A DNA stretch of 64,000 bases from Octopus sinensis. Taxonomy: Eukaryota. The translations under genes were made by a program, and so were the position numbers. Location of the stretch: contig NC_043011.1 of the NCBI RefSeq assembly GCF_006345805.1, positions 12,161,022-12,225,021 of the forward strand, written 5' to 3'. How positions within the stretch are numbered: position 1 is the stretch's first letter; every line of letters starts with the position of its first letter. Positions 60,992 to 64,000 of the stretch are shown in pieces. A model generated the notes under the pieces. The model was not told where the DNA came from. It saw nothing but the letters and a program-made list of their open reading frames with translations, and ran no database searches.

Positions 60992-61933
60992 GTCATCCTA
61001 CAAGTTGTGTCCGATTTTACCTTTTTTAAAATTGAATGAAATTTAATAGTATTTTAGAATATCTAATGGGAAAATTCTGCATTATCAGTTGAAGAATTGG
61101 CAATAAAGCTTAGTTCAAACCATACAACTGTTCGTCATCTTCAACAATTTGGAAAGATTTCTAAGCTTGGGAAATGGGTACCTCATGAATTGTCCGAAGT
61201 CGACCGCAAATCCTGAGTTGGCATCTGCTCTTCTCTCCATTCTCGCGAACTCATTTCACCCTTTTTGGATAGACTTGTAACTGGTGACGGAAAATGGATC
61301 TTCTATCGAAATGTCAAACGTCGTAAACAGTTGCTTGGTAGAAGAGAAAAAGCTCAACTACAACCGAGAAGGGAACGTCATGGAAAAAAGGCTCTTCTCT
61401 CTATCTGGCGGGATTGCAAAGGAATAATTCACTTTCAGTTGTTACCACCTAATACAACAATCAATGCTCAAGTCTACTGTCAGCAATTAGAGCGTTTGAA
61501 CCAAGCTTTGAAGAAAAAAAGACTCGCTTTACTGAATGAAAAGGAGTGATGTTTCATCAGGACAATGCACAACCCCACACTGCAAAGATCACATCACAGA
61601 AGATCGAAGGGCTTGGTTGGGAAAAAAATTCCTCATCCATCTTATTCTCCCGACCTTGCTCCTTCAGACTACCATTTGTTTCGTAGTTTACAGAATCTTT
61701 TGGGGGACATAACTTTCGCAAGCCAGGAGGAGGTCGAAACTGACATTTCAGAATTCTTCACTTTGAAACCAAAAGAGTTTTACATTGATGGGATTAAAAA
61801 GCTTGTAAATAGATGGAAGGAAGTCATAGATAATCAGGGAAGGTACATTGATGATTAAATTTCAATTAAATATAGCATTTCATCACATGTTTTCTTTATT
61901 CGAAATTCGGACAGAACATACAGGATCACCTGA
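60988..61933 (+). mobile_element. Mariner element with both TIRs, internally deleted at the transposase N-terminus
   Basis: TIRs TCAGGTCATCCTACAAGTTGTGTCCGA / TCGGACAGAACATACAGGATCACCTGA; motifs WVPHEL, TGDGKW, HQDNA and YSPDLAPSDYHLF; frameshifted; 946 bp between (TA)n and (TG)n. Confidence 0.92.
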
Positions 61934-62116
61934 TGTGTGTGTGTGTGTGTGTGTATGTGTGTGTGTTTAGATTTTGTGCGTACGTGCGTGTGTGCGCGCG
62001 TATATATGTATATGCCAAGCATGGCTGCAGTCTAATGACTGAAAAAAGTAAAAGATAAATAATATTTTTGTGTATGTGTGTACGTACATAAGTACTTATG
62101 TAAGTATATATGTATG

Positions 62117-62222
<106 letters not shown>

Positions 62223-62703
62223 TACATATATGTATATGAGCGTGCGAAGATATAAAGCCTGTGCTCATGTACATCGCATCAAATATACGGTACCACCAAC
62301 AATTTACAACTAAACATACACACAAGCACACACACGTACACTCGCACACACGCACACACACTCACACACACACTCGCGCACACGCACTCACATACACACA
62401 TACACACGTATATATATATACATACGTACTGACTACCTGCCATGAATGATAAAAAAGCAGGTTGCAGGAGGACAGAGAGTGGGAGGGCAGACCTCTGTGG
62501 TGATCGATTTTGGCAAAGCAATCAATAATCAATTAAGCAATTAATTTATTTATTAATTAACAATAAATCAGTGAACTACAAGCAGAGCGTGTTTTTTAGT
62601 AGTTGAGTGTCCCTCCCAATGTGCAACAACATATACTAAAATATACTGCCTTACATCACAAAGCTTACGAAACGAACGTTTTACATATATATATATTACA
62701 TAC

Positions 62704-62835
<132 letters not shown>

Positions 62836-62927
62836 ATATACATACATATATATATATATATATACATATATATCATATATATATATATATATATACATAT
62901 ATATTTTTTTTTATTTATTATTAGAGG

Positions 62928-62978
62928 AGCTTCTACAGGACTAGAACTGTTTCATTCAAGAGAAATCATCAGGAAGCT
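62928..62978 (-). ncRNA. Type I hammerhead ribozyme motif with intact core
   Basis: Minus strand: AGCTTC-CTGATGA-TTTC TCTT GAAT-GAA-ACAG TTCTAGTC CTGT-A-GAAGCT. 6-bp stem I, 4-bp stem III, GUA triplet; stem II has a U-U closing mismatch. Confidence 0.7.
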
Positions 62979-63001
62979 AGTTAACAAGAATTGTAATATA
63001 C

Positions 63002-63032
<31 letters not shown>

Positions 63033-63119
63033 CATATATATATGTAAATATATATGTAACACACTGGATCTCTGCTTCACAAATAATATGGATCTCATCC
63101 ATAATGTGAAAGTGACACC

Positions 63120-64000
63120 GACACTACTCTCGGATCACAACATGTAGAGCTGACCATGTACGGGCCAAAAGAGAGCACGGACATGCAGCCTACAAGAAAC
63201 CCTCAGAGTCTTTCCAGCTTGAACTTCAATAAGGCAAACTGGAAACAAATTGAGAAAGAGATCCTCAACAAAACTGGCCCTGATGTCTCTCCTCGCCGGA
63301 CATCGACATGATACTTCACAATTCATGTCTGTAATGCAAAGCCATATGCTCAAATGTGTCCCAGAGAGAACAAGGCCACTGTACACAAGAACAAAATCCC
63401 CAGAGAGAGATGAAAATATTTAATGAGGCGGCGCACAAAAATCTCAAATCGCCTAAACAAACAAATTGAAAGCAGTGAAAGTCCCGCCTAAAAAAAACTG
63501 TTGGAAATTGAAAATTGTCTGCAACTCTCCCATGAGAAGGAAAGAGCAGACAAAGAAGCCTGGGCTATAGACAACATAAAAAAATAACCCACAGAGCTTT
63601 CTACAGGTATGCCAAAGAACAGCTACGGTGCACTGTAGGATAGGGCCACTCCTTGAAAAGGATGGCACACTCACAGGAAAACCAATGAGGGTAAGTGAAA
63701 TACTGAATGAACAATTCAAGAGTGTTTTCACTCCACCTCTTGGGCATTTCCAAATCAGCAATCCAACTGACTTTTTACCACTGCAGATATAGAACAGAGG
63801 CGGCGACGTTAAATTACATCGATATAAAGGAAGGATGATGTAATAAAGGCTATAGATGAAATGAAAATAGACTCAGCTATTGGCCCGATGGATTCCCGGC
63901 CGCAATCCTCCTAAAAGTATGTAAGAGAGTCTAGCAAGACCACTGCAGTTCTCTTTCAGAGCTTCCTTGCAGCTGGCAAACTTCCAAGAAACTGAAGGAA
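63120..64000 (+). mobile_element. CR1/L2/Jockey-group LINE fragment (post-endonuclease to RT start)
   Basis: LNFNKANWKQIEK, SEILNEQFKSVFT, and KIDSAIGP...ILLKVC...LARPLQ; frameshifted. Confidence 0.75.

Overview
AT-rich, microsatellite- and transposon-laden animal genomic DNA, almost certainly an octopus (coleoid cephalopod), judged from the homeodomain and the SINE families. A 100-N assembly gap lies at 37800-37899. The only well-supported host gene is the posterior Hox gene Post1 (+ strand). Its homeobox exon is 46393-46664. I propose a short first coding exon at 40426-40477 that splices in frame and gives a ~107-aa, nearly homeodomain-only protein. The rest is mostly decayed mobile DNA: two Ty3/Gypsy remnants, mariner and Tc1 copies, piggyBac- and hAT-type MITEs, RTE, Hero, R4/Dong, Tx1 and CR1-like LINEs, Penelope-like elements, tRNA- and RTE-related SINEs, and a head-to-tail Helitron dimer. 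The most unusual signal is a set of hammerhead-ribozyme (HHR) motifs in different element contexts. The lead case is a ~440-bp insertion at 26320-26760: 1.26 copies of a 348-bp structured unit carrying a type I HHR fold, flanked by a 13-bp target-site duplication. That is the footprint expected from retrotransposition of a small circular RNA (a retrozyme-like element). Other HHRs occur in a 434-bp palindrome with a tRNA-like head (20648-21081), at 32646-32680 and at 62928-62978. All family assignments come from motif recognition by eye; no database search was run, and boundaries of decayed elements are approximate.
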